Under the pieces are notes generated by a model. It was not told the DNA's origin. It made no database searches and saw only the letters and a list, made by a program, of their open reading frames with translations. From positions 1 through 38,358 of the IMG/VR virus record IMGVR_UViG_3300037047_000317: 38,358 nucleotides of DNA; one strand, given 5' to 3'. Shown here one piece after another: positions 7,998 to 15,663 of the stretch (positions are counted from its first letter, which is position 1; every line of letters begins with the position of its first letter). The translations under genes and the position numbers were made by a program. Origin of the DNA: a virus (taxonomy: Duplodnaviria > Caudoviricetes).

Positions 7998-8519
7998 TTA
8001 AAACAGGCTGCCCTGAGCTTCGTCGATTGGCTTGACGGTGAGCTTGCGTTGCTTGACGGCCGGCGCCGATGGCATGGTAGCCGGCGTGATGGCGAGCGAT
8101 GGAGACTTCAACACTTTTTCGACTGCCTTGCGGCTAAGGTGGTGCTTGATGCCCAACTCAAATACTGCGACGCGACCGCTGATGCCCTCGGCGACCAGTG
8201 CGTCGAATTCGATGCGGATGCGTTCGTGTGCGCGCTGTGTTGCCACGATTTTGAGGTTTGGTACCAGCATGTCGTCGCCGGTGTAATGCAGCACCAGGCG
8301 TGCTGCTGCATCGGCGCCGACGATATCGACCAAGCGCTGCCACAGCCGGCGGCTGGCATCGTTGGATCCGCCCGGCGCTTTCGGCATTGGCACATCCTGC
8401 CCGGGCCAGGCGCCGATCAGCCTGGCCGCTGCATCCAGGCCGGCGACGTGGATCAGCGTTGCCGCCGATGGCGGAAAAGCCGGGTAGCGAGCCAGTTCGG
8501 CGAGCAGCTCAGGCGTCAT
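7998..8519 (-). CDS. Mor/C-family late transcription activator
   Basis: LVDIVGADAAARLVLHYTGDDMLVP dimerisation-type motif and C-terminal HTH (ELGIKHHLSRKAVEKVL); ATGA-coupled to gemA; last early gene. Confidence 0.85.
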   Translation of the reverse strand: MTPELLAELARYPAFPPSAATLIHVAGLDAAARLIGAWPGQDVPMPKAPGGSNDASRRLWQRLVDIVGADAAARLVLHYTGDDMLVPNLKIVATQRAHERIRIEFDALVAEGISGRVAVFELGIKHHLSRKAVEKVLKSPSLAITPATMPSAPAVKQRKLTVKPIDEAQGSLF

Positions 8520-8989
8520 GCACCGTGCCGCTTTACGAAGACTTCGAGCGCCTGGATCACCCGCAGTAGTTGAACGCAGTCGCAGAACTCCAGCGGCTGG
8601 TCGGTACCGCGCATCTGCTTGGTGACGCCCTCGATATACGCCTTGCTCATCACCGGTACCGGTGGATCCTGCAGCTTGCCGATGCGCTGGGCGAGGCGGT
8701 AGATTTTCTGGCCGTAGATCTGGCGCTCTTGAGCCAGGCGGAAAACGAAACGCCATTCGCTGGTGTTGCCCGCAGTTGCGGCAGCGCCGGGCGCGGCGTT
8801 GATCTGCTGCAGGCGCCGCAGGTGAGCGACCAGATCATCGAGTTCGCTCAGCGTCATGTCGCTCATGCTCGCCTTGCCCGTGACATCCATCTGGATTTCG
8901 TGGCGCTGGTCGGCAGTCAAGGCCAGCCCCTTGCGGCCACAGATGGCCAGGGCGATTTTCTGCAGGTTGGCGCGCTGGATCTTATACAT
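8516..8989 (-). CDS. gemA: GemA / Mu gp16-like regulatory protein (DUF1018)
   Basis: VTGKASMSDMTLSELDDLVAHL...QKIYRL...LLRVIQAL pattern; lies upstream of Mor/C. Confidence 0.82.
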   Translation of the reverse strand: MYKIQRANLQKIALAICGRKGLALTADQRHEIQMDVTGKASMSDMTLSELDDLVAHLRRLQQINAAPGAAATAGNTSEWRFVFRLAQERQIYGQKIYRLAQRIGKLQDPPVPVMSKAYIEGVTKQMRGTDQPLEFCDCVQLLRVIQALEVFVKRHGA

Positions 8990-9122
8990 CGCGCAGCACC
9001 GCAAAGAACGTAGCGTGATATGCATTCACCGTGGCGGCGAACACATGCACCGGCCACCAGGCCAGTGTGATGGCGCGTGGGGCCCGCAAGGGAAAGGCCA
9101 GGCGCATTAATTGTGGGGTCAT
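8982..9122 (-). CDS. Small hypothetical protein (46 aa; not in the ORF track)
   Basis: MTPQLMRLAFPLRAPRAITLAWWPVHVFAATVNAYHATFFAVLRDV; GAGGAG RBS; overlaps the upstream stop (ATGA) and the gemA start. Confidence 0.6.
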   Translation of the reverse strand: MTPQLMRLAFPLRAPRAITLAWWPVHVFAATVNAYHATFFAVLRDV

Positions 9123-9211
9123 TGGTCTTTCTCCTCATCGCCAAAGCGCCCGACACGAAGTCCGTCGTTTGCCAGCCACAGTACAAAAATCAGGATTGCT
9201 GCAAGGGTCAT
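9119..9211 (-). CDS. Small hydrophobic peptide (30 aa; not in the ORF track)
   Basis: MTLAAILIFVLWLANDGLRVGRFGDEEKDQ; GAGGTG RBS; stop coupled to the next start. Confidence 0.55.
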   Translation of the reverse strand: MTLAAILIFVLWLANDGLRVGRFGDEEKDQ

Positions 9212-9239
9212 GGTTCGCACCTCGGGAAGCTGTTTCCAG

Positions 9240-9259
9240 AAGCCCGGCACGCCGGGCTT
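9240..9259 (-). terminator. GC-rich inverted repeat after the HU gene (possible attenuator or mRNA stabiliser)
   Basis: AAGCCCGGC-AC-GCCGGGCTT; only a weak U-tract follows. Confidence 0.35.
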
Positions 9260-9275
9260 GAGGCAAAGGCTTCGA

Positions 9276-9548
9276 TCACTCGACCGCGTCGCGGAAGTGC
9301 TTGTAGGCGGCGAACTTGATGACGCGCTTGGCCGGGATTTCGAGCGGCTCGCCGGTCTTGGGGTTGCGGCCGGCGCGTGCCTGGCGCTGTTCGACCGACA
9401 GCTTGAAGTTGTCGGTGACGGTGACTTCCTCGCCCTTGGCCAGCGCGCCCTTGATCGCGGTCAGGAGTGCCTGGAACTGTTTTTCGGCGGTTTTCTTGTC
9501 AACGCTGCCGGCTTCGGAGATCGCTTTGACGAGCTCGTTACGGTTCAT
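9276..9548 (-). CDS. HU/IHF-family DNA-binding protein
   Basis: MNRNELVKAI...RQARAGRNPKTGEPLEIPAKRVIKF HU signature. Confidence 0.95.
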   Translation of the reverse strand: MNRNELVKAISEAGSVDKKTAEKQFQALLTAIKGALAKGEEVTVTDNFKLSVEQRQARAGRNPKTGEPLEIPAKRVIKFAAYKHFRDAVE

Positions 9549-9592
9549 GGTGTTGCCTTTCAGGGTGGTGAAAAAGGTGATGGGGATGGGGG

Positions 9593-11419
9593 TCATTGCC
9601 GCGCTCCTTGCGCAACGCTCAACGCCACGGCTATGGGCTTTACCCAGACCGGTGTCGACGACAACATGAACGTCTCTCCGGACATCGCCAGCAGAATGGT
9701 TTTCCCCATCATGCTGGCGATGGCTCGGGCTGTAGCGCGCGGGACTGCATTGCCGATCCGCTCGCGCTTTGCCTCGTCGCTGTTGCCGGCCAATTCGAAT
9801 ACCTCGCCCTCGGCGTAATCGTCAGGGTCGTAAAGGCTCTGCAACGCCGCCATATCGAGCGTGGTCATTGGGCGGTGCCAGGTGCCGTCTTCAGCCCGGA
9901 TGATCGCCACCAGCTTTTCATTGGCGGCGGGCACGTCGGCTAACTGATCCACGCGCGGATCTGCAACGCTCCAGCGACCATTGTCGTGACAGGCTGACCC
10001 GCTGACGGCGCCCGTGTGCGAATCCCAGGGAACGACGCCGTAGTGGCCACCGGTCAGGTAATGATCACCGGGAACTGGCACGCCGGCTGCGGGGCGCGGG
10101 TCGGCCACCGCATACGCGCCTTGTCCAGTGGTGCTTCCACCGATGACAGTACCGGCGGGCTCGCTCCAGTCTGTAACCATGTACTTGCCGTAAGTCGGAC
10201 CGGCGCGCCTTGGGTCGGCGACTGAAAGTGCGCCGCTGGCGACCTGTTGGGCGCCAATAACCGTGCCTGAAAAATGGTCCCATTTGACTACGGCGTACTT
10301 CTTTGAGCTGGCGCCTGGGTGCCAATTGTTGCAACGAGGATCCGCAACCGAGAACTTCCCACCGCCCGGCGCCGACTGCCCGCTGATGGCCCCGGCGTGG
10401 CTTTCCCATGGCAATACGCCGTACTGGCTGTATTCGTGCCCAGAGAAACGAGGATCGGCGATCGAAAATTTTCCGTTACTCGGCGAGCTGCGGCCGGTGA
10501 TGGCTCCGGATGGCTGATCCCACGGAATGACCCCCATGTAGCCGCCGTGATATTCGGGAACGATCAGATAGTCTCGCAGCCGCCCGTCTTCTACTTGTAG
10601 CCGGTTCAAACTGCGCCAATCCTTACCTGCCTGGACAAATGCGAGCCGAACCCATGTTTTCCACTGCAGCGCGGGGATTCTGTGCATCGGGCCAGCCGCA
10701 GGATCACCCGGCAAGGCGTAGCGGCCGAGCACTTCGCCAACGCTGCGCAGCGGGCGTTTTGGTGGCTCATAGAGGAACGGCGGCACTTTCTCCATGTGCC
10801 TTGCAACGAGCAAGTACCGTTTGCGGCTCTGCGCCAACTCGCCTATTTCGCCGCAATCGTGTGTTGTTTCGGCAACCGAATAGCCGTAGTGCCGCAGCAC
10901 GGCGATGATCTGATCGAGCAGATGCCGGCCCCGGCTACTGATCCTCGGAACGTTCTCGAAGATGATCAGGGGTATCGGGTCATCTTTGTATGCTTCGCAC
11001 GCCAGTAGTATCGTGCGCAGGGTCAACTCGTTCAGGGCCTGATATTTTGAGGTCTTCGACAGAGTCTCATTGAGCAGCCCCGAGAGTCCCTTGCACGGTG
11101 AGCTGGTGAAGTAGATGTGCGGTGTGATGTTTTGGTACGCGGCGCGCAAATCCGCCGGGGTTGCCTCGTGCCAACCTTTAGGCGGTTCTTTCCCGTGGAA
11201 TGCGCGGTACTGCCCCGCTGTGAACAAGTCCATCAGCGTGCCTTTCACGCCTGTGGCCCGCTCGAAGTCAGTCAGGCCGGCAGGATCGACGTCAATGCCG
11301 CCAAGACAGATAAAGTCTGCCTCCAGGTTGCCGACCCGGGCTGAACCTTCGTTAAAGCCCTGAGCGCCGCCACCGAGTCCGCAGCACGCATGGGCATGGT
11401 AGATGGGGACTTTGGTCAT
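9593..11419 (-). CDS. DNA (cytosine-5) methyltransferase with internal repeats
   Basis: Motif I CCGLGGG, catalytic SPCKG, ENV, QSRKR, C-terminal RIGNAVP; five W...ADPR repeats in the variable region. Confidence 0.92.
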   Translation of the reverse strand: MTKVPIYHAHACCGLGGGAQGFNEGSARVGNLEADFICLGGIDVDPAGLTDFERATGVKGTLMDLFTAGQYRAFHGKEPPKGWHEATPADLRAAYQNITPHIYFTSSPCKGLSGLLNETLSKTSKYQALNELTLRTILLACEAYKDDPIPLIIFENVPRISSRGRHLLDQIIAVLRHYGYSVAETTHDCGEIGELAQSRKRYLLVARHMEKVPPFLYEPPKRPLRSVGEVLGRYALPGDPAAGPMHRIPALQWKTWVRLAFVQAGKDWRSLNRLQVEDGRLRDYLIVPEYHGGYMGVIPWDQPSGAITGRSSPSNGKFSIADPRFSGHEYSQYGVLPWESHAGAISGQSAPGGGKFSVADPRCNNWHPGASSKKYAVVKWDHFSGTVIGAQQVASGALSVADPRRAGPTYGKYMVTDWSEPAGTVIGGSTTGQGAYAVADPRPAAGVPVPGDHYLTGGHYGVVPWDSHTGAVSGSACHDNGRWSVADPRVDQLADVPAANEKLVAIIRAEDGTWHRPMTTLDMAALQSLYDPDDYAEGEVFELAGNSDEAKRERIGNAVPRATARAIASMMGKTILLAMSGETFMLSSTPVWVKPIAVALSVAQGARQ

Positions 11420-11862
11420 TGCTCGACCTTTTGAGACGAAAAGACCACGCCCAATTTCTTCGCATTGCGCCCTTTACCCGCCCAATCAATAAACGCCTGC
11501 AATGCGTCCCCAGCAGCCTGCTGATCTGCAGCTTCTGGAATTCCCGGAACGATCAACTTGCCTTCGCTGGCACCTTTACCGTGGCGAGCCAATGCGGATA
11601 TCAAGGTTTCGAGGTTGCTTTTCGGGCCATGCGCAAACTTGATCGCCCCTTCCGGAACTGTCTCGCCAATCTCGATCAGGCCGGATGCCCAGCACCAGGC
11701 GACCAGCGGCTTCATGTTGTAATAGCTGCGTGCGCCGCAGCACGGGCAAACAAGATTGCTCAGGCCACGGCACTTCAGATCGGGCTTCGGAACGCGCTCA
11801 GACTCCATGTGCTTGTTTTTGCAACGACAGCACTGGACAGGGATGTCATGGATTGTCATCAC
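11416..11862 (-). CDS. Hypothetical early protein with an N-terminal zinc ribbon
   Basis: CCRC...CPCC followed by an AWCWASGLIEIG...LIVPGIPEA domain seen in Mu-like early regions; coupled on both sides. Confidence 0.7.
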   Translation of the reverse strand: MMTIHDIPVQCCRCKNKHMESERVPKPDLKCRGLSNLVCPCCGARSYYNMKPLVAWCWASGLIEIGETVPEGAIKFAHGPKSNLETLISALARHGKGASEGKLIVPGIPEAADQQAAGDALQAFIDWAGKGRNAKKLGVVFSSQKVEQ

Positions 11863-12386
11863 GCCACCTCCGCCAGTTCAGCCTCAAACGGCACGACGAC
11901 GAAGTCTTCGCCCTGGCTGATCGAGATCCCGGGAACGTGTGCGACGGCTTCCTGTTCGTTGAGGATGGCGTCTTTGTTGACCTCTTCCTTGGTGCGGATG
12001 AAGCGCTTGAGGCCGAGGCGGCGCAGTGCGTCCAGGACGGCGTCGGCGCCGGTGATGCGGACGCTGGGCGGGCGCAGGCGCCAGACGATTTCGCCGGTGG
12101 TCAGCGATGCCGTCTTGACCTTGTTGTTTTGCGTCAGGGTATCGCGGTTGGCTTCCGCCCAGGTCTGCACGCCCTGCGTGAGGGCCTGCAGCTTGAGCCG
12201 CAACGGTTCGGCCGACGTTTCGTGCCGTTCCTTGACTGCCGCCAGTTCGTCGTTCATGTCCGCCTCGAGGCGGGCGAGTTCGCGATTGGTGCGGCCGATT
12301 TCGGCGATGGCTTCAGCGGCTTTTTCCCGTGTCTGCGGGACAGCGACTGTAACGGCCGGGGTTTTGAGTCGGGATTTCTTGGCCAT
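11859..12386 (-). CDS. gam: Host-nuclease inhibitor Gam (Mu Gam, Ku-like)
   Basis: WAEANRDTLT...KTASLTTGEIVWRLRPPSV...FIRTKEEVNKDAIL...GEDFVVVPFE; TAAGGAG RBS. Confidence 0.95.
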   Translation of the reverse strand: MAKKSRLKTPAVTVAVPQTREKAAEAIAEIGRTNRELARLEADMNDELAAVKERHETSAEPLRLKLQALTQGVQTWAEANRDTLTQNNKVKTASLTTGEIVWRLRPPSVRITGADAVLDALRRLGLKRFIRTKEEVNKDAILNEQEAVAHVPGISISQGEDFVVVPFEAELAEVA

Positions 12387-12395
12387 GATGGCTCC

Positions 12396-12716
12396 TTAAG
12401 GTTTGTAGTAGCGGTACGAAAACTTCTCGCCGATGCGCTTGATTTCGCCGGCGTTGTGCATGTAGCTCAGCGCTGCGGTCAGGCCGCTGTCGATGAAATC
12501 CACGTCGGCGAGCAGTGCGCGGATCTGGTTGAGGGTGACGGCTTCTTCGGCCGTGGCCGGCAGGCGCTGACGGATGGATTCCGACAGGCCAGCGCGGCGC
12601 GGTGGCAAGCCCTTGGCCTTGCGTTCCAGCCAGTTGGATTGCTGGCGCATTTGCTCTGCCGCAACGCGTTGCGAATGAGCGCCAGCGGCCTGTATTTGCG
12701 CGGCGAGGGTCAGCAT
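12396..12716 (-). CDS. Hypothetical protein (probable winged helix)
   Basis: 106 aa; LTAALSYMHNAGEIKRIGEKFSYRY resembles a wHTH; overlaps the upstream gene. Confidence 0.65.
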   Translation of the reverse strand: MLTLAAQIQAAGAHSQRVAAEQMRQQSNWLERKAKGLPPRRAGLSESIRQRLPATAEEAVTLNQIRALLADVDFIDSGLTAALSYMHNAGEIKRIGEKFSYRYYKP

Positions 12717-13837
12717 GTTGCGGACCCCTCGAAGAGTCCGAGATAGTTGCGCAGCTTGCGGGCAACCTGGGCTGACAACTGGACGGTGACGGCGCCGTCG
12801 TCGATGGTGAGTGCGCCGTTGCTCCAGATGGCCATTTCGGTAGCCTCGGCATCGGTCATCACGATTTCGTCGAAGCCGGCCGGGGCAGTGAGTTCGAATG
12901 CCGGGCGGGAATCTGCCGGGGCGGCGTTCGGCCAGGTGTCCGGCTCCGGTTCCAGGTTGTTCACGAAATCCGCGATTTCGGTTTCGCTCATTGCCGGGCC
13001 CGCAATTGGCTGGCTAGCCGTGGTGAGCAGCGCGACTGTCTCTGGTGTGCTTTTGGCGATCGCCGGTGCTTCGCCGATGAAATAGGCAAAATCACCATCG
13101 GGCGTTTTGATGCGATCACACTTCATGCCGGCAAACATGCCGAGCAGTACTTTGCGGGTGCTTTCTTCGGTGCAGTCGATTCCCGCTGCAATTGCCGCCG
13201 GCATGGCGGCACTGCCCGGGTCGTTCTTGCTCAGCCAGTTGAACACGACTTGCCAGGTGGCGAGTTTTTGCGTGCTGGGATTGTCGACATCCTGGAATTC
13301 GATGGCGACCAGGTGGCCGCGCTCAGGCTTGAACAGTACCGGCGGTTGCTGGCGGTTCAGCGCGCTGATGTGCATGTCCATGTTGCTTTCCGGCGAGCTG
13401 AACTGCTCGGCCAGCGCCTTGCGGGATATGCCGTCCTTGCCGGCAGCGACGATGGCGGCGAGTACTTGCTGTCGGGTGATTTTTTCCTTTGCCATGACTG
13501 GCTCCATGTTTGGTGCCGGCGGCGCGATCTGGCGCCGGGCGGCTTGAGGTTGTTTGAGCGGGGTTGGCGCGCCCCTGGGGCGGGCGATGACCTGGTACTC
13601 GCCGAACGCCATCGGCTTTGTTGCGCCGATGGCCGCCAGCGAAACCCGGTATTCCATGACGGGTGCCTTGCCCGGGCGCTGCACCTGGCACGCGACCAGG
13701 TAACCGCTCTCGACCGCCGGCTGCAGCAGCTTGTCGACCATCTCGGCAGACATCTGCAGGTGCGCGGCAATGGCATCGGCTCTGGCGCTGCTGCGCTTGG
13801 CCGTCCAGGCCAGGGCGCGGTCGAGGGCGGTGGTCAT
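12710..13837 (-). CDS. Hypothetical multi-domain protein with several winged-helix-like segments
   Basis: 375 aa; HTH-like segments near aa 15-65, 120-180 and 195-255, separated by low-complexity linkers. Confidence 0.7.
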   Translation of the reverse strand: MTTALDRALAWTAKRSSARADAIAAHLQMSAEMVDKLLQPAVESGYLVACQVQRPGKAPVMEYRVSLAAIGATKPMAFGEYQVIARPRGAPTPLKQPQAARRQIAPPAPNMEPVMAKEKITRQQVLAAIVAAGKDGISRKALAEQFSSPESNMDMHISALNRQQPPVLFKPERGHLVAIEFQDVDNPSTQKLATWQVVFNWLSKNDPGSAAMPAAIAAGIDCTEESTRKVLLGMFAGMKCDRIKTPDGDFAYFIGEAPAIAKSTPETVALLTTASQPIAGPAMSETEIADFVNNLEPEPDTWPNAAPADSRPAFELTAPAGFDEIVMTDAEATEMAIWSNGALTIDDGAVTVQLSAQVARKLRNYLGLFEGSATC

Positions 13838-13950
13838 CGTGCTGCCTTGGTCCAGGCCAGATGCCAGCTATAGCCCAGCCGCGAATAGAACTTGACGGCG
13901 AGCAGCAGGCGCTGGGCGATGCGCAGCGGCGCGGTCAGTGCGGAATGCAT
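13834..13950 (-). CDS. Small hypothetical protein (38 aa; not in the ORF track)
   Basis: MHSALTAPLRIAQRLLLAVKFYSRLGYSWHLAWTKAAR; GGGAGG RBS; ATGA overlap with the next gene. Confidence 0.65.
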   Translation of the reverse strand: MHSALTAPLRIAQRLLLAVKFYSRLGYSWHLAWTKAAR

Positions 13951-14300
13951 TTGACCTCCCGCCAGAAGATGCGAACGTTGTCGGCGCAGCCGAGCCAGTA
14001 CTCAATCAGCAAGCCCAACGCAGGAGGATCGCGCTTGATCAGGCCGCACTCTTCACCGAACACGTCGTAGATGTGGCTGGCCGGCGAGACGACGAGGTAG
14101 GCGCCGTTGCGGTCGGTGGCCATCGTCAGGATCGGCAGGTTGTTGCGTACGGCAAAGCGCATTGCCGTTTTCATGTCTTCGAACATGCGGTCGATGTCCA
14201 GGCGGGCGTCGGCAAGCGGCCCGCCAACTGCCGGCAGCATGGCCGGGGCGAGGATTTCAGGCACGGTTGCCGTGCGCCAGTACGGGGTTTTCTGTTCCAT
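13935..14300 (-). CDS. Hypothetical early protein
   Basis: 121 aa, starts 1 nt after the ATPase stop. Confidence 0.7.
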   Translation of the reverse strand: MEQKTPYWRTATVPEILAPAMLPAVGGPLADARLDIDRMFEDMKTAMRFAVRNNLPILTMATDRNGAYLVVSPASHIYDVFGEECGLIKRDPPALGLLIEYWLGCADNVRIFWREVKCIPH

Positions 14301-14301
14301 G

Positions 14302-15555
14302 TCACAGTTCCTTGATCAAGTCGGCGGTGATGAGCGGCACGCCGAGTTCGGCGGCGCGGTTCATCGCCCGGGTTACGGTGTTGTTCACCACCAGCGGGTA
14401 AAGGTTGGTATGGACGGCCTGCGTTTGCCGGTCGACCTTGGTCCAGCGGGCGCGGATCGCGTCGTAGGCGTCATCAGCCAGCACGGCCGAGGCGTCGGCG
14501 CCCACACGCCCGAACTTGTGCTTGAGGTAGCCCTGCAGGTGCTGGTGCAGCGGTTCCAGCGTGGCGATCTCGCAGCGATTGATGAACTCGCGCGCCTCGT
14601 AGTAGCGATCGATATCGAGCTTCTTGCGCATTTCGGGTTGGGCAATCAGCACGATGCTGAGCACCCGCGAAAAGCCGTCTTCGGCCTCGACTTCGTTGAA
14701 GCGCTTGAGGTACTTGAGCGTATCGATCGACAGATCGTGCGCTTCTTCGATCATCAGCACGTGCTTGTTGCCGCCGCGAGCCGAGCGCAGCAGCGCCTCG
14801 CGCACCTGGCGTGCAACGGCCTCGTTCTTGGTGCGGATCGGTGTATCCGGTTCGATATCGGAAAGGATGGCCGCAGCGATGCCGACGGTGTTGAGCTTCT
14901 TCTTGTCGAAGGTTTGCGGAAAGATGATCCGGATGTTCTGACGCTCCCGCGAAATCCGGAACTGCAGCAGCTTGCGCAGCGTCGATTTGCCCGAGCCGGA
15001 TTCGCCGATTGCCGCAGTGATGCCGCCGACCAGCGCCGTCTGGATCATCGCCTCGACGACGTACTGCTGCGATTCGGACATGTAGATGTCGTCGGGGGAA
15101 TTGACGTCATCAACAAACGGATCGCGGAACAGCTTGAAGTGGCGTTTTGCCAGGGGTGAAAGCATTTGAATCTCCAGACGTTTAAACAGGGGCTCTTTCT
15201 TGTGAAAACCGGCTGGCTTTGGCGCCGCCTTGCCAAAGTGCGAGCCGACCGGGTGCACGTGGTTGTAGCGGTCGTCGCCTTCCGGCTCCCACATGGTTTC
15301 CAGCTCGGCGGGATCGACGCCATCCAGCAGCAGCTCGTCGTGGATCTGCTGCTTGATGTTTTCTTCCGCCGTCGTGCGCGGGAAAAAGCTGTAGTTGATG
15401 ATGGCGTTCAAGGCCGGCGACGACAGGGATACGCCCCGCGCCTGCTTGATCCGCACCGCAAAGGCACGGGTCGAGATGCCGGCGCGTTTGAGCACCCCTT
15501 TGAGCTTGATGGGCATGTATTCAGCTCCCCTAAACGCCCTGACTGCTGCCGACAT
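14302..15555 (-). CDS. Transposition AAA ATPase (MuB functional analogue, ExeA-like, B3 type)
   Basis: Walker A GESGSGKS, Walker B VLMIEEAH, LIAQPEM, N-terminal HTH; follows the transposase. Alternative start at 15516. Confidence 0.9.
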   Translation of the reverse strand: MSAAVRAFRGAEYMPIKLKGVLKRAGISTRAFAVRIKQARGVSLSSPALNAIINYSFFPRTTAEENIKQQIHDELLLDGVDPAELETMWEPEGDDRYNHVHPVGSHFGKAAPKPAGFHKKEPLFKRLEIQMLSPLAKRHFKLFRDPFVDDVNSPDDIYMSESQQYVVEAMIQTALVGGITAAIGESGSGKSTLRKLLQFRISRERQNIRIIFPQTFDKKKLNTVGIAAAILSDIEPDTPIRTKNEAVARQVREALLRSARGGNKHVLMIEEAHDLSIDTLKYLKRFNEVEAEDGFSRVLSIVLIAQPEMRKKLDIDRYYEAREFINRCEIATLEPLHQHLQGYLKHKFGRVGADASAVLADDAYDAIRARWTKVDRQTQAVHTNLYPLVVNNTVTRAMNRAAELGVPLITADLIKEL

Positions 15556-15663
15556 GGCTGCCCTCCGGGACTTGGTTGCGAGACGTTTTCATGTGAAAAT
15601 CTCCGCGTTGCTGCGTTTCAACATTGCCCGGGGCCGTTCCAGCGGTTACCCGGGCATCCTCTT

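Noticed and set aside
8990-9275. Hammerhead-type ribozyme, tRNA or CRISPR array in intergenic gaps
   Set aside because: No intergenic CTGATGA...GAAA core, cloverleaf or spaced repeats found by eye; this gap is filled by micro-ORFs.
15556-15663. GCCCGGG...CCCGGGC hairpin and a 20-codon ORF between transposase and ATPase
   Set aside because: May affect ATPase expression, but the stem is short, has no U-tract and has no independent support.
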